Shown in pieces: positions 9,383-20,346 of a stretch of 64,000 bases of DNA. A program made the translations under genes and the position numbers. The stretch lies in assembly GCA_034933245.1 (NCBI GenBank), contig JAYFNX010000009.1:6505-70504 (forward strand), in the 5' to 3' direction. Under the pieces are notes generated by a model, which saw nothing but the letters and a program-made list of their open reading frames with translations, did no database searches and was not told the DNA's origin. Source of the stretch: Candidatus Pelethousia sp. (lineage in GTDB: Bacteria > Bacillota > Clostridia > Christensenellales > CAG-138). How positions within the stretch are numbered: position 1 is the stretch's first letter; each line of letters begins with the position of its first letter.

Positions 9383-9562
9383 TTAAACTTCTTCGACCTT
9401 GACCAGGTGCTTTACCTTGAAGATCATGCCACGGATGCAGGGGTTATCGGGCTGCACCACGGTGTGGTTGGTCTTGTGCAGACCAAGGGCCTTCACGGTC
9501 GCCTGCTGGTCCTTGAGGGCGCCGATGGTGCTCTTAACGAGCGTAATTTTCAGATTAGCCAT
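9383..9562 (-). CDS. rpmD: 50S ribosomal protein L30 (uL30)
   Basis: Not in the ORF track. Hand translation gives [59 protein letters not shown]. Confidence 0.9.
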   Translation of the reverse strand: MANLKITLVKSTIGALKDQQATVKALGLHKTNHTVVQPDNPCIRGMIFKVKHLVKVEEV

Positions 9563-9574
9563 TGTTTGCCTCCC

Positions 9575-10078
9575 TTAACCCAGAATCTCTTCCACGGTCT
9601 TGCCTCTCAGCTTGGCAATCTGCTCGGCGGTACGCAGCTGGGTAAGGCCGTCGATCGTGGCCTTCACGCAGTTGGCCGGATTGTTGGAGCCGTAGCTCTT
9701 TGTCCGGATATCCTTTACGCCCACCATCTCCAGCACCGCACGGGCGGGACCGCCCGCAATAACGCCGGTACCGTCTTCGGCGGGGAGCATGCGGACATGG
9801 CCCTTGCCAAACTTGCCTTCCACGGCATGGGGAATGCTGGTGCCCACCAGGGAAACCTCGATCATATGGCGCTTGGCATCTTCAATGCCTTTGCGCACGG
9901 CCTCGGGAATTTCCGCGGCCTTGCCCATTCCAACGCCCACATGACCGTTCTCGTCACCCACGACCATAAGTGCGGAGAAGCGGAAGTTGCGGCCGCCTTT
10001 GACGACCTTGGCAACACGGTTGATGGATACGAGCCTTTCTTTCAGATCCAATGTAGATGCATCGATACGCTTCTGCAT
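9575..10078 (-). CDS. rpsE: 30S ribosomal protein S5 (uS5)
   Basis: ORF track, 167 aa, ...[24 protein letters not shown]... Confidence 0.95.
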   Translation of the reverse strand: MQKRIDASTLDLKERLVSINRVAKVVKGGRNFRFSALMVVGDENGHVGVGMGKAAEIPEAVRKGIEDAKRHMIEVSLVGTSIPHAVEGKFGKGHVRMLPAEDGTGVIAGGPARAVLEMVGVKDIRTKSYGSNNPANCVKATIDGLTQLRTAEQIAKLRGKTVEEILG

Positions 10079-10088
10079 GATTACCTCC

Positions 10089-10457
10089 TTAGAATTTCAG
10101 CCCGGCCGCGCGGGCACCCTCGGCCAAATCCGCAACGCGGCCTGTATACAGGTAACCGCCGCGGTCAAACACGACCTCTTCGATGCCCTTATCCATAGCC
10201 CGTTTGCCTACGAGCTCACCCACCAGTTTGGCGGCTTCCTTTTTATTCTTGCCGCTAAGCTGTCCTTTGATCTCCGGATCCATGGTGGAAGCGGAAGCCA
10301 AGGTTGTGGATGCTTCGTCGTTTATAACCTGGGCGTAGATGTTGTTCAGGCTGCGGTATACATTGAGCCTGGGCCTTTCGCCCGTGCCCACGATGTGGCG
10401 GCGGGTACGGTCGTGCCTTGCCTTGCGCACAGCGTTTTTATTGATCTTTGAAACCAT
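10089..10457 (-). CDS. rplR: 50S ribosomal protein L18 (uL18)
   Basis: ORF track, 122 aa, ...[20 protein letters not shown]... [22 protein letters not shown]. Confidence 0.95.
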   Translation of the reverse strand: MVSKINKNAVRKARHDRTRRHIVGTGERPRLNVYRSLNNIYAQVINDEASTTLASASTMDPEIKGQLSGKNKKEAAKLVGELVGKRAMDKGIEEVVFDRGGYLYTGRVADLAEGARAAGLKF

Positions 10458-10479
10458 ACTGCTACTCCTTCTCTACGCC

Positions 10480-11019
10480 TTATTTGCCTGTCTTGCCTTC
10501 TTTGCGGCGCACATACTCGTTCTCGTACTTAATGCCTTTGCCCTTGTAGGGTTCCGGCGGGCGCACCTTGCGGATATCGGCAGCGATCTGCCCTACCTGC
10601 TGTTTGCTAATGCCCTTCACAGATACACGGTTGGGAGCGGGTACCTCGAAGGAAATGCCCTGGGGTGCGTCAAATTCTACGGGATGAGAATAGCCCACGT
10701 TCAGGACGAGCTTGGTGCCCTGCATCTGTGCACGATAGCCTACGCCTACGATCTCCAGATTCTTCTGGTAGCCCGCCGTTACGCCCACCACCATGTTGTT
10801 GATGAGGGAACGGGAAAGGCCGTGCAGCGCCCGGTGCTCTTTTTGCTCGCTGGGCCGCTTTACCGTAAGGATGCCGTCTTCGATGGAGAGCTTCATCTCC
10901 GGAGAGATATTTTCGCTCAGTTCGCCCTTGGGGCCTTTAACATTCACGGTGTTATCGTCGCCGACCGTGATTGTCACTCCGCCAGGGATGTGGATCGGAA
11001 GTTTTCCGATTCGTGACAT
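10480..11019 (-). CDS. rplF: 50S ribosomal protein L6 (uL6)
   Basis: ORF track, 179 aa, [13 protein letters not shown]... Confidence 0.95.
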   Translation of the reverse strand: MSRIGKLPIHIPGGVTITVGDDNTVNVKGPKGELSENISPEMKLSIEDGILTVKRPSEQKEHRALHGLSRSLINNMVVGVTAGYQKNLEIVGVGYRAQMQGTKLVLNVGYSHPVEFDAPQGISFEVPAPNRVSVKGISKQQVGQIAADIRKVRPPEPYKGKGIKYENEYVRRKEGKTGK

Positions 11020-11093
11020 GTGTTACACCTCCAAATGATAATTTCTCTTTAACATGGCTTTGGGGGACGGCATGCCGTTCCCCATACCAGCGC

Positions 11094-11492
11094 TTACCAA
11101 ATGTATGCCAGCACTTCGCCGCCCACACCCTGTTTGCGGGCTTCCCTGTCGGTCATGATGCCACGGGAAGTGGAAAGAACGGCGGTTCCCAGCCCATTAA
11201 GCACTTTGGGCAGGTTGTCCTTGCGGGCGTAGACCCGCAGGCCGGGCTTGGAAATCCTCTTAAGACCGGTGATGACCTTTTGGCGGTTAGGGCCGTACTT
11301 GAGGATGATGTGGATGTTCTTTGCCACGCCCTCCTCCCGGAGGTCAAAACTCTTGATATAGCCTTCCTCGAGCAAAATCTCGGCAATGGCCTTCTTGACC
11401 GTGGAAAGGGGGACGTCCACCTCATCGTGCCTGGCGATGAGAGCATTGCGGATACGAGTAAGCATATCAGCGATGGGATCGGTTATAACCAT
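11094..11492 (-). CDS. rpsH: 30S ribosomal protein S8 (uS8)
   Basis: ORF track, 132 aa, [17 protein letters not shown]... Confidence 0.95.
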   Translation of the reverse strand: MVITDPIADMLTRIRNALIARHDEVDVPLSTVKKAIAEILLEEGYIKSFDLREEGVAKNIHIILKYGPNRQKVITGLKRISKPGLRVYARKDNLPKVLNGLGTAVLSTSRGIMTDREARKQGVGGEVLAYIW

Positions 11493-11514
11493 AATTCGTA
11501 CTCCTTTCTACAGT

Positions 11515-11700
11515 TTACCAGCTGGCCTTGCGCACACCGGGGATTTCTCCCTTGTAGGCCATCTCCCGGAAGCAAATGCGGCAGATGCCGTATTTGCGAA
11601 GCACGCTGTGGGGCCGGCCGCAGATGCGGCAGCGAGTATAGGCCCGGGTGGAATACTTCGCCTCGCGGGATTGCTTGATTTTCATGCTAGTCTTTGCCAC
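11515..11700 (-). CDS. rpsZ: 30S ribosomal protein S14, type Z (zinc-binding)
   Basis: ORF track, 61 aa, with [23 protein letters not shown]. Confidence 0.95.
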   Translation of the reverse strand: MAKTSMKIKQSREAKYSTRAYTRCRICGRPHSVLRKYGICRICFREMAYKGEIPGVRKASW

Positions 11701-11718
11701 GATGATTCTTCCTCCTTA

Positions 11719-12336
11719 TCAAGCCTGAATGAAGGGCATGCCCATGAGACTGAGCAATTCCTTCGCTTCTTCGTCGGTCTTGGCGGTGGTAACGAGCACG
11801 ATGTCCATACCGCGCACCTTGTCGACGTCGTCATAGTTGATCTCGGGGAAGATCAGCTGCTCCTTTACGCCCATGGCATAGTTGCCGCGGCCGTCGAAGC
11901 TTGTATCGGAAATGCCGCGGAAGTCGCGAACCCGGGGCAATACGATATTCATGAGCTTATCCGCAAAGTAATACATGCGGTCCCCCCGCAGGGTAACCTT
12001 TGCACCCACGTTCATGCCTTCGCGAACTTTAAAGTTAGCAACGGACTTCTTGGCTTTGGTTACGATGGGCTTCTGGCCGGCGATGAGCGCCAGCTCATTC
12101 ACGGCGGCCTCCAGGCCCTTTGCATTATCCTTTTCGGAACCCAAGCCCATGTTCAACACGATTTTCTCCAGCTTGGGAACCTGCATGGGGTTGATATAGC
12201 CAAACTTTTGCTTCATCGCGGGCGCTACTTCTTCGGTATACTTGACCTTGAGGCGAGGCGCTTCGGTAAAGGGCTTGGCTTCCTCCTGCTTTTTCTTCTT
12301 GGCGGATGCCGAAGAAGCGGTATCTTTCTTTGCCAT
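11719..12336 (-). CDS. rplE: 50S ribosomal protein L5 (uL5) with a Lys/Ala-rich N-terminal extension
   Basis: ORF 11719..12384. Start set at ATG 12336 ([23 protein letters not shown]...) behind GGAGGA. The canonical uL5 core begins at [10 protein letters not shown]. Confidence 0.9.
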   Translation of the reverse strand: MAKKDTASSASAKKKKQEEAKPFTEAPRLKVKYTEEVAPAMKQKFGYINPMQVPKLEKIVLNMGLGSEKDNAKGLEAAVNELALIAGQKPIVTKAKKSVANFKVREGMNVGAKVTLRGDRMYYFADKLMNIVLPRVRDFRGISDTSFDGRGNYAMGVKEQLIFPEINYDDVDKVRGMDIVLVTTAKTDEEAKELLSLMGMPFIQA

Positions 12337-12353
12337 TCTCTTTTCCTCCTGCC

Positions 12354-12671
12354 TTAGTCGATATTTTTGCCGCACTTTTTGCAAACGCGGACTTTCTTAT
12401 CGCCCTCATAGGCATGGCCCACGCGGGTGGCTTTGCCGCACTTGGGGCAAATAAGCATCACGTTGGAGGCGTTGATGGTGCCTTCCTTATTGATGCGGCC
12501 GCCCTGCTCGCCCTGCTTGCGGGGCTTGGTGTGGCAAACGGTCATGTTGGCATTTTGCACCACGACCCGCTCCTTATCCGGAAACGAGGCCATAATTTTG
12601 CCCTGCTTGCCCTTATCCTTGCCGGCGATGATGACGACGGTATCGTCCTTCTTGACATTCAGCTTGTTCAT
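12354..12671 (-). CDS. rplX: 50S ribosomal protein L24 (uL24)
   Basis: ORF track, 105 aa. KOW motif [21 protein letters not shown]. Confidence 0.95.
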   Translation of the reverse strand: MNKLNVKKDDTVVIIAGKDKGKQGKIMASFPDKERVVVQNANMTVCHTKPRKQGEQGGRINKEGTINASNVMLICPKCGKATRVGHAYEGDKKVRVCKKCGKNID

Positions 12672-12685
12672 TCTGTCATCCTCCC

Positions 12686-13054
12686 TTAGAGCACTTCGGG
12701 CGCGAGGGATACGATCTTCATGTAATCCTTCTCGCGCAGTTCGCGCGCGACAGGCCCAAAGATACGAGTGCCGCGGGGCTGCTTCTGGTCGTTGATGATA
12801 ACGGCTGCGTTATCATCAAAGCGAATATAGCTGCCATCGGGCCGCTGGGTGCCAGAAACTGTGCGCACCACCACCGCGCGGACCACGTCCTTCTTTTTGA
12901 CCGCACCGCCGGGGGAAGCCGACTTGACGGAGGCGACGATGGTGTCGCCGATGTTGGCGCTCTTGCGGTGGGATCCACCCAGCACACGGATGCACATGAT
13001 CTCTTTTGCGCCGCTGTTATCCGCTACCTTCAAACGGGTTTGAGGTTGAATCAT
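12686..13054 (-). CDS. rplN: 50S ribosomal protein L14 (uL14)
   Basis: ORF track, 122 aa, [27 protein letters not shown]... Confidence 0.95.
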   Translation of the reverse strand: MIQPQTRLKVADNSGAKEIMCIRVLGGSHRKSANIGDTIVASVKSASPGGAVKKKDVVRAVVVRTVSGTQRPDGSYIRFDDNAAVIINDQKQPRGTRIFGPVARELREKDYMKIVSLAPEVL

Positions 13055-13073
13055 ATCGGTTCTCCTTTCCGGC

Positions 13074-13331
13074 TTACTTGGCCTTTTCTATAATCTCGGC
13101 CACACGCCAACGCTTATCTTTGCTCAGCGGGCGAGTTTCCATAATCTTGACGGTATCTCCGATGCCGCAGGCGTTCTCTTCGTCATGGGCCTTGAACTTG
13201 CGGGTGCGGTTTACCATCTTTCCGTAGAGGGGATGGCGCACCTTGGTCTTGATCGCCACCACGACGGTCTTATCCATCTTGTCGCTTACAACAACGCCGG
13301 TGCGGGTTTTACGATAGCCTCTGTTCTCCAC
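13074..13331 (-). CDS. rpsQ: 30S ribosomal protein S17 (uS17)
   Basis: ORF track, 85 aa, ...[18 protein letters not shown]...HPLYGK... Confidence 0.95.
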   Translation of the reverse strand: MENRGYRKTRTGVVVSDKMDKTVVVAIKTKVRHPLYGKMVNRTRKFKAHDEENACGIGDTVKIMETRPLSKDKRWRVAEIIEKAK

Positions 13332-13352
13332 GATGATATCCTCCTTTCACCC

Positions 13353-13553
13353 TTACTCAGCTGCCTTGAGCTCACGCTCACACAGGAGCGTTTTCACCCG
13401 GGCCACGTCCTTCTTGCAGTCACGGACGCGCTGCGGGTTTGTGAGCTGGCCGGTCGCCATCTGGAAACGGAGGTTGAACAGCTCTTCCTTGAGCTCTTTT
13501 TCTTTTACCGCGAGCTCTTGGTTAGAAAGTTTTCTCAGTTCGCTAGCCTTCAT
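13353..13553 (-). CDS. rpmC: 50S ribosomal protein L29 (uL29)
   Basis: ORF track, 66 aa, [14 protein letters not shown]...[14 protein letters not shown]. Confidence 0.95.
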   Translation of the reverse strand: MKASELRKLSNQELAVKEKELKEELFNLRFQMATGQLTNPQRVRDCKKDVARVKTLLCERELKAAE

Positions 13554-13980
13554 TGCTCTCGCCTCCTGCCTCGGTCACTTTCTTTGCGATCTTGCACTTG
13601 ATGGGCAGCTTGTTCATGGCAAGGCGCAGAGCCTCCCGGGCTACCTCTTCCTCTACCCCCGCGATCTCAAAGAGAACGCGGCCAGGCTTAACGACTGCCA
13701 CCCAATATTCGGGCGCACCCTTACCGGAGCCCATGCGGGTACCGGCCGGCTTTTGCGAGACGGGCTTATCAGGGAAGATCTTGATCCACACCTTACCGCC
13801 GCGCTTGATGTAACGTGTCATGGCAACACGCGCCGCCTCAATCTGGTTGCTGGTTATCCAGCCGGGTTCCTGCGCCACAAGACCATATTCACCATATGCA
13901 ATAAAGTTGCCGCGATGGGCCTCGCCCTTCATGCGGCCACGATGCACTCTCCTGCGCTTGACTCTTTTAGGCATCAACAT
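13543..13980 (-). CDS. rplP: 50S ribosomal protein L16 (uL16)
   Basis: ORF 13543..14040. Canonical start [11 protein letters not shown] at 13980. Confidence 0.95.
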   Translation of the reverse strand: MLMPKRVKRRRVHRGRMKGEAHRGNFIAYGEYGLVAQEPGWITSNQIEAARVAMTRYIKRGGKVWIKIFPDKPVSQKPAGTRMGSGKGAPEYWVAVVKPGRVLFEIAGVEEEVAREALRLAMNKLPIKCKIAKKVTEAGGESNEG

Positions 13981-13994
13981 GGTTATTTGCCTCC

Positions 13995-14639
13995 TTACGC
14001 TTTCTTTTGCTTGCTCAGCACTTCGCCCTTGTAGATCCACACCTTGCAGCCGATCCGGCCATAGGTGGTGTGCGCCTCGGCAAAGCCGTATTCGATATCC
14101 GCACGCATGGTCTGCAGGGGAATGGAACCGTCGTGATAACCTTCGGTTCGAGCGATTTCAGCGCCGCCCAGGCGTCCGGCACACATAAGCTTGATGCCCT
14201 TGGCGCCGGCTTTCATGGAGCGCTGCATGGCCTGCTTCATAGCCCGGCGGAAGCTGATGCGCTTCTCGAGCTGGGCCGCAATGTTTTCGGCCACGAGCTG
14301 GGCGTTGGCATCCGGGTTGCGGATCTCCATGATGTTCACGTTCACGGGCTTGCCGATCAGGGCGGAAACGTCCGTACGGATAGCTTCCACGCCCACGCCG
14401 CCTTTGCCTATCAGCATGCCGGGGCGAGCGGTATGGATGCTCACCGTCACCTTGTTGGCCGCACGCTCGATGTCGATCTTGGCCACGCCGGCGCTGTAAT
14501 GCGCCTTCTTAAGGTGATCGCGGATCTTCCTGTCCTCTACAAGGTAGTCGGAGAAGTCCTTCTTGGAAGCGTACCAACGGGTATTCCAATCGCGGATAAC
14601 GCCTACGCGGAAGCCATTCGGATTAACTTTTTGTCCCAT
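13995..14639 (-). CDS. rpsC: 30S ribosomal protein S3 (uS3)
   Basis: ORF track, 214 aa, [23 protein letters not shown]... Confidence 0.95.
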   Translation of the reverse strand: MGQKVNPNGFRVGVIRDWNTRWYASKKDFSDYLVEDRKIRDHLKKAHYSAGVAKIDIERAANKVTVSIHTARPGMLIGKGGVGVEAIRTDVSALIGKPVNVNIMEIRNPDANAQLVAENIAAQLEKRISFRRAMKQAMQRSMKAGAKGIKLMCAGRLGGAEIARTEGYHDGSIPLQTMRADIEYGFAEAHTTYGRIGCKVWIYKGEVLSKQKKA

Positions 14640-14652
14640 ACTTTACCTCCTC

Positions 14653-15039
14653 TTACTTGGCCTGATCCAGGATCACGGTAATGTGGCTGGTGCGCTTGCG
14701 GATACGGCTTGCCCGGCCTTGGGCGCGGGGGCGGAACCGTTTGAGGGTGGGGCCCTGGTTAGCGAACACTTCTGCCACAAAGAGGGTATCGGAGGAAAGG
14801 CCAAGGTTGTTCTCCGCGTTGGCCACGGCGCTGTTGAGGAGCTTGAGCACAGGCTCCGAGGCAGCCTTGGGGGTATACAGAAGGATACCCTGGGCTTCCT
14901 TCACGCTCTTGCCGCGGATCAGGTCAATAACCGTCTTAACCTTGCGGGAGGAAATACGTACATAGCGGGCGATGGCGCGGGGGCGCTTGTCGGCGTTCTC
15001 GCGGCGAGCCGCGCTCTTTTCTCTAGACCTGGTTGCCAT
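14653..15039 (-). CDS. rplV: 50S ribosomal protein L22 (uL22)
   Basis: ORF track, 128 aa, ...[26 protein letters not shown]... Confidence 0.95.
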   Translation of the reverse strand: MATRSREKSAARRENADKRPRAIARYVRISSRKVKTVIDLIRGKSVKEAQGILLYTPKAASEPVLKLLNSAVANAENNLGLSSDTLFVAEVFANQGPTLKRFRPRAQGRASRIRKRTSHITVILDQAK

Positions 15040-15056
15040 AAATCTTTTCCTCCTCC

Positions 15057-15338
15057 TTACCTGCCGCCGGTGCTCTTCTCGGAACCACGGTGGCCCCGGA
15101 AGGTACGGGTGGGGGCGAACTCGCCCAGCTTGTGGCCGACCATCTCTTCGGTCACATATACGGGAACGTGCTTCTTGCCATCATGTACGGCGATGGTATG
15201 GCCCACCATATCCGGGAAAATGGTGGAAGGCCGGGACCACGTCTTAACGACGGACTTTTTGCCGCTCACGTTCATATCTTGAATGCGCTTGAGCAAACGC
15301 GCTTCAACAAACGGGCCTTTCTTGATTGACCTGCTCAT
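15057..15338 (-). CDS. rpsS: 30S ribosomal protein S19 (uS19)
   Basis: ORF track, 93 aa, [11 protein letters not shown]...[33 protein letters not shown]. Confidence 0.95.
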   Translation of the reverse strand: MSRSIKKGPFVEARLLKRIQDMNVSGKKSVVKTWSRPSTIFPDMVGHTIAVHDGKKHVPVYVTEEMVGHKLGEFAPTRTFRGHRGSEKSTGGR

Positions 15339-15356
15339 GCTGTTCTCCTTTCCCTA

Positions 15357-16190
15357 TCACTTACCGTCCCTGCGGCGGACGATGAACTTGTCGTTAACGT
15401 TCTTGGTCTTGCGGGTCTTATAACCCAGGGCAGGCTTGCCCCAAGGCGTAACAGGGCCCGGACGGCCCACAGGGCTCTTGCCCTCGCCACCGCCGTGAGG
15501 ATGGTCGCAGGGGTTCATGACGGAACCACGCACGGTGGGGCGGAAGCCCTTATGACGGGTGCGGCCCGCCTTACCCAGCATGATGTTGCCATGGTCCACA
15601 TTACCCACTTGGCCGATCGTCGCCTTGGAATCCATGGGGATGCGGCGCACTTCGCCGCTGGGCAAACGCACCTGGGCGTAACTGCCCTCTTTTGCCATGA
15701 GCTGTGCGGCGTTTCCTGCGGAACGAACCAACTGGGCTCCCTTGCCGGGCTTAAGCTCGATGCAGTGGATCATGGTGCCTACGGGGATGTTTTTGATCTG
15801 GAGGGCATTGCCCACCTTGATGTCCGCGCCCTCGCCGGAAAGGAGAGCATCTCCCACATTGAGGCCCAGGGGCGCGATGATGTAGCGCTTTTCGCCATCC
15901 GCATAGTGGAGAAGGGCGATGTTTGCACTACGGTTGGGATCGTATTCGATGGTTGCGACCTTGGCGGGCACGCCGTCCTTGTTGCGCTTAAAGTCGATGA
16001 GGCGATATTTGCGCTTGGCGCCGCCGCCACGATGGCGGATGGTGATGCGGCCCGCGCTGTTACGGCCACCGGAAGACTTAAGGTCCTCAAGGAGGGAGCG
16101 CTCCGGCACGGTGCAGGTGATTTCCTCAAAGGCGGAAACCGTCATGCCGCGCTGGCCGGGGGTGGTGGGTTTGATCTTTCTGATTGCCAT
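15357..16190 (-). CDS. rplB: 50S ribosomal protein L2 (uL2)
   Basis: ORF track, 277 aa, [16 protein letters not shown]...[18 protein letters not shown]. Confidence 0.95.
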   Translation of the reverse strand: MAIRKIKPTTPGQRGMTVSAFEEITCTVPERSLLEDLKSSGGRNSAGRITIRHRGGGAKRKYRLIDFKRNKDGVPAKVATIEYDPNRSANIALLHYADGEKRYIIAPLGLNVGDALLSGEGADIKVGNALQIKNIPVGTMIHCIELKPGKGAQLVRSAGNAAQLMAKEGSYAQVRLPSGEVRRIPMDSKATIGQVGNVDHGNIMLGKAGRTRHKGFRPTVRGSVMNPCDHPHGGGEGKSPVGRPGPVTPWGKPALGYKTRKTKNVNDKFIVRRRDGK

Positions 16191-16203
16191 GGTGTATGCC
16201 TCC

Positions 16204-16500
16204 TTACTGCGCGATGCTGTCGAAGAACTCGATGCCCTTGGAATCCTTCTTCAGCTTCACATAAGCTTTTTTCACGGAGGGGCGGCGGCCCTGATGGGCG
16301 CCCTGCCGCTTTATCTTGCCCAGCACGTTCACGGTGTGAACGCTATCCACCTTCACGTCGAAAACCTGTTCGATAGCCTGGCGGATCTCGGTCTTGCTGG
16401 CCTTCTTGTCCACGACGAAGGTGTAGACCTTCTGAGCCAGGTAGTCATAGCTCTTTTCGCTAAGTACCGGCTTGATAATAATATCGTGCGCGTTCTGCAT
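16204..16500 (-). CDS. rplW: 50S ribosomal protein L23 (uL23)
   Basis: ORF track, 98 aa. Operon position between rplD and rplB. Confidence 0.9.
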   Translation of the reverse strand: MQNAHDIIIKPVLSEKSYDYLAQKVYTFVVDKKASKTEIRQAIEQVFDVKVDSVHTVNVLGKIKRQGAHQGRRPSVKKAYVKLKKDSKGIEFFDSIAQ

Positions 16501-17120
16501 TATGCGTACACCTCCTCGATCTTGGCGAGCGAATCCTTGGTGAGGATCAGCGTATCGTATTTGAGGATTTCGTAAACGTTGAGGGTGCCCACCAGGGTGG
16601 TTTTCACATTGGGGATGTTGCCAGAGGCGCGCTCCACGATCTCATCCTTCTCGGGCAGAACCACCAGAGCATTCTCAGCCTTTACGGCGCCCAGTGTCTT
16701 GATCATTTCCTTGGTTTTGGGGGCTGCCAGGTCCAGCGCGTCAAACACGATGAGGCCGCCGTCGTTCACCTTGGCGGAAAGGGCGCTCTTCATGGCGAGG
16801 CGCTTAACCTTCTTGTTTACGCTGATGCGGTAATCCCGGGGCTTGGGTGCAAACACCACGCCGCCGTGTTTCCATTGGGGAGAGCGGATGGAGCCCTGCC
16901 GTGCGCGGCCGGTGCCCTTTTGCCTCCAGGGCTTAATGCCGCCGCCCCGCACCTCGGCGCGGGTGAGGGCGCTCTGGGTGCCCTGGCGCTGGTTGGCCAG
17001 ATAGGCGCGCACCACGGTGTGCAGCACGGCCTCGTTAACCTCTTGGGCGAAAATCTCATCGCTGAGCTTCACCTTGCCGATCTCTTCGCCGGCAATATTG
17101 TACAATGCTACGCTAGGCAT
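16500..17120 (-). CDS. rplD: 50S ribosomal protein L4 (uL4)
   Basis: ORF track, 206 aa, ...[38 protein letters not shown]. Confidence 0.95.
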   Translation of the reverse strand: MPSVALYNIAGEEIGKVKLSDEIFAQEVNEAVLHTVVRAYLANQRQGTQSALTRAEVRGGGIKPWRQKGTGRARQGSIRSPQWKHGGVVFAPKPRDYRISVNKKVKRLAMKSALSAKVNDGGLIVFDALDLAAPKTKEMIKTLGAVKAENALVVLPEKDEIVERASGNIPNVKTTLVGTLNVYEILKYDTLILTKDSLAKIEEVYA

Positions 17121-17134
17121 TCTTGCTTCCTCCT

Positions 17135-17761
17135 TTACTTGACGGTCTCATGGACGATGACCAGGCCGCCCTTTGCGCCGGGGACGGCGCCCTTGACGAG
17201 CAGCAGGTTGCGCTCGGCGTCTACCCGCACCACTTCCAGATTCTGGACGGTGATGCGCTCGTGGCCCATGTGGCCGGGCAGGTGTTTGGTCTTGAAGACC
17301 TCGCCGGGATAGGTGCAAGCGCCCATGGAGCCCGCCACGCGGTAGGAGTGGGAACCGTGGGTCTTACGGCCCCTGGCTTGGTTCCAGCGCTTAATGTTGC
17401 CTTGGAAGCCCTTACCCTTACTGGTGCCGGTCACGTCTATCATGTCACCCGCCTGGAAGGCGTCCGCATTGATGACCTGGCCCACTTCATAAGCGGCGGT
17501 ATCATCCAGCTTAAACTCCCGGGTATAACGGTGGGCGGGCACGCCTGCTTTCTTGAAGTGGCCCAGCATGGGCTTGGTAGCAAGCTTCTCGCGGATAGGC
17601 TTAAAGGCGACCTGTACGGCGCTATAGCCGTCATGCTCCTCGGTTTTCTTTTGAACGATCGGGCAGGGGCCGGCAAGAATTACGGTGACGGGGATCATGG
17701 TGCCGTCCTCCCGGAACATCTGGGTCATGCCGACCTTGGTGCCCAAAATAGCTTTCTTCAT
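17135..17761 (-). CDS. rplC: 50S ribosomal protein L3 (uL3)
   Basis: ORF track, 208 aa, [16 protein letters not shown]... Confidence 0.95.
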   Translation of the reverse strand: MKKAILGTKVGMTQMFREDGTMIPVTVILAGPCPIVQKKTEEHDGYSAVQVAFKPIREKLATKPMLGHFKKAGVPAHRYTREFKLDDTAAYEVGQVINADAFQAGDMIDVTGTSKGKGFQGNIKRWNQARGRKTHGSHSYRVAGSMGACTYPGEVFKTKHLPGHMGHERITVQNLEVVRVDAERNLLLVKGAVPGAKGGLVIVHETVK

Positions 17762-17778
17762 CTTTGTTCACCTCCGTA

Positions 17779-18087
17779 TCAAAGTTTGATCTCGATGTCC
17801 ACGCCGGCGGGAAGATCGAGCTTCATCAGCGCGTCCACAGTTTTGGCGGAGGGCTGGAGGATGTCGATCAGGCGCTTATGGGTGCGCATTTCGAACTGCT
17901 CGCGGCTGTCCTTATACTTGGGGGGGGAGCGGAGAATGGTAACGATTTCTGTCTCCGTGGGGAGGGGGATGGGGCCGGACACGCGAGCGCCGGTCCTCTT
18001 GGCCGTATCCACAATCTTCTCGGCGCTCTGGTCGATAAGATCATGCTCGTAGGCTTTGAGTTTGATGCGGATCTTCTGGTTTGCCAT
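17779..18087 (-). CDS. rpsJ: 30S ribosomal protein S10 (uS10)
   Basis: ORF 17779..18288. Canonical start [15 protein letters not shown] at 18087, behind AAGGAGGA. Confidence 0.95.
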   Translation of the reverse strand: MANQKIRIKLKAYEHDLIDQSAEKIVDTAKRTGARVSGPIPLPTETEIVTILRSPPKYKDSREQFEMRTHKRLIDILQPSAKTVDALMKLDLPAGVDIEIKL

Positions 18088-18330
18088 ATTATTTTCCTCC
18101 TTCAAAGTCTCAGGCAGTACACGCGCTCGTGTGTTTCTTTCTAAAAAGGTTGCACACGGGCCGCTTCTAGCCCGTTGCCCGGTTTGTGGGCGCCTCCTGC
18201 GGAAATTACCCGGATGGCAATAGCCGGCAACCTCCCGCGGGGGCACATCCTGCGCCGTTTCGGCGCAAAACGGCTGTGCTTTTTGCACAACGTCCTTATG
18301 TTACACGAAAACTTGCCTGATTGCAAGTCT
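18088..18330 (-). promoter_or_regulatory. S10-operon promoter plus a long GC-rich structured 5' leader (candidate ribosomal-protein autoregulatory leader)
   Basis: On the minus strand: an A-tract, then TTGACG-17-TGCAAT or TTGCAA-17-TAACAT, then about 200 nt containing several perfect small stems (for example GCGCCG-AAA-CGGCGC) before the rpsJ SD. Confidence 0.4.
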
Positions 18331-18390
18331 TTTTTATGAATTCGTCAAAGTTTTTTTCAATGACCACCCAGCCGGGTGTTCCACTCTATA

Positions 18391-18422
18391 TTTTGTGGCC
18401 CGCCATAAAGCGGGCCACAAAA
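18391..18422. terminator. 13-bp stem-loop between the lipoprotein gene and the S10 promoter; possible terminator or insulator with no U-tail on either strand
   Basis: TTTTGTGGCCCGC-cataaa-GCGGGCCACAAAA, read directly. Confidence 0.4.
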
Positions 18423-18476
18423 TACGCACAAGGCATAATGGCTAGCGAACGAACCGTTCGCCCAGAGTTAGAAGCC

Positions 18477-19013
18477 TCAACCACCGCCGATGGACACGTA
18501 AATGGATTCGGCGTCGCCTTCCAGAATGGTCTCCCCATCCAGGGATACGTAAAGGTGCCCCATGTAGGAGTTATTGGCGGTTCCATTTTCTTCCACAAGC
18601 TGGCTCCAGTAAATTGCATAATAGGTTTCGCCCTGATATTGTGCAATGCCCTCACAGGCATAGCTTTGGAGCCTGCCCGCAAGCTCATTGCCATACATCT
18701 TCGCCGCAAGGGCTTCGGCCTTGGCGGCTCCCACGCCCCCCGCCTGGTCCGCCGGGGACGTATCTTCCCCCAGGAAGGTGACGGCATACGGGTCGCTAAT
18801 GTCCAAGGTAGGCGCGGACACCGCATCCGGTTCGGTGGCGGGAGTTGGTGTGACCTGGTCCGCTTCCGAAATGGCCTGCTCCGCCGTTGGGGAAACCGCA
18901 GGAACAGAGGTAGCCTCTGGAACAAACGTAGCCGCCGGTTGGGCCGCAGGCGCCGCGCATGCTGCCAGCAAGAGGGATAAAACCACGGCGATTACTAAAT
19001 AAATGTATTTCAT
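18477..19013 (-). CDS. lipoprotein of unknown function
   Basis: ORF 18477..19214. The start MKYIYLVIAVVLSLLLAAC at 19013 gives a signal peptide with a lipobox (LLAAC), followed by a Pro/Ala/Thr-rich linker. Confidence 0.7.
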   Translation of the reverse strand: MKYIYLVIAVVLSLLLAACAAPAAQPAATFVPEATSVPAVSPTAEQAISEADQVTPTPATEPDAVSAPTLDISDPYAVTFLGEDTSPADQAGGVGAAKAEALAAKMYGNELAGRLQSYACEGIAQYQGETYYAIYWSQLVEENGTANNSYMGHLYVSLDGETILEGDAESIYVSIGGG

Positions 19014-19167
19014 AAAACCTCCTATTGTGCTAATATAGTTTTGATACTGATTCTCAATCCTGCTTCTATCATTATCAGACCATATCTTGCATGCTTCTGT
19101 CAATAGATGGTTGGCTTTTATCGCAAAAAATTCATAAAGCGGCCCCTTCGGGCCGCTTATGTCACAA

Positions 19168-20269
19168 TTAAGACTGTACCAGGTACGCATTAATGAATTC
19201 GTCCAGTTCCCCATCCATAACCGCTTGAATGTTCCCGTCCTCTACGCCGGTTCGGTGATCTTTCACCATGGTATAAGGTTGAAAAACATAGCTACGGATC
19301 TGGCTGCCCCATTCGATGCGCTTCATCTCACCCTTGATCTGCGCCATCTGCTCCTCTCGCTCACGCTCCTGTAGTTCAATGAGTTTACCTTTGAGCATGC
19401 GCATAGCCACTTCCTTGTTCTGAAGCTGGCTCCGCTCGTTCTGGCACTGTACCACGATACCCGTGGGAAGGTGCGTTAAGCGGATAGCGGAGCTGGTCTT
19501 GTTCACGTGCTGGCCGCCCGCGCCGCTGGCCCGGTAGGTATCCACCCGTACCTCGTCCATGTCGATCTCCACATCGGCGGTGTCGTCGTCAAAAATGGGG
19601 GTTACATCTAATGAAGCGAAGGAGGTATGCCGCCGGCCGGAGGAATCGAAGGGGGACATGCGCACCAGCCGGTGCACGCCCTTTTCCGCCTTCAGGTAGC
19701 CGTAGGCGCTGTCTCCCTGGACCTCGAAGGTCACATTTTTGATGCCCGCCTCTTCGCCGTCCAGATAATCCAGTTCCCGCACCGCGTACCCTTTTTTCTC
19801 GCAATAGCGGCAATACATTCGATAAAGCAGGGAAACCCAATCCTGGGCCTCTGTGCCGCCGGCGCCCGCATGCAGCGAAAGGACGGCGTTACAGCTATCA
19901 TACGGTCCCTTGAGGAGCGTGCTCAGCCGCAAGGTTTCCACGTTTTTCTCCAGCACCGCATATTCCGAAGCGATTTCGGGAAGAAGGCTTTCGTCGTTCT
20001 CCTCCTCCGCAATCTCCATAAGCGCGCCTACGTCTTCCGCCGCGCTTTCGAGACGGCGGTACTTATCCAACTTTCCCGCAAGGGCCTTTATGCGTTGGTT
20101 CGCCTTGTTGGCTGCCTCCACATCTTCCCAGAAGCCCTCCTTGCCCATCTCCGTTTCCAAACTCTCCTTTTCGGCCATCAATCCAGCCAGGTCAAAGAGA
20201 TTCACCTGCCTCTTTTAGTATCTGGCTGGTCGCTTCCAGCTTCTGGCGGTATTCATCCAGTTGTACCAA
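19168..20269 (-). CDS. prfB: peptide chain release factor 2, requiring a programmed +1 frameshift
   Basis: ORF 19168..20205 carries SPF (RMSPFDS) and GGQ (SGAGGQHVNKT). The upstream frame (TTG 20269: MVQLDEYRQKLEATSQILKEAGESL) ends at CUU UGA C. Confidence 0.9.
20192..20197 (-). promoter_or_regulatory. prfB +1 frameshift site CUU UGA (C)
   Basis: Minus-strand sequence ...GAGGCAGGTGAATCTCTTTGACCTGGCT... The frame-0 UGA is at 20192-20194, and the downstream frame reads DLAGLMAEKE. Confidence 0.85.
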
Positions 20270-20346
20270 AGTTCTCACTTCCTTTATTATATATAGAGAT
20301 TATTATGTCGCTATCAGCCGGGATCGTATATCCCCGCAAGGGAGCA

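Noticed and set aside
18386-18925. A 179-aa minus-strand ORF overlapping the lipoprotein gene in another frame.
   Set aside because: It is Arg/Pro-rich and low-complexity, and it lies entirely within the better-supported lipoprotein CDS, which has a signal peptide and lipobox. It is an overlapping-frame artefact.
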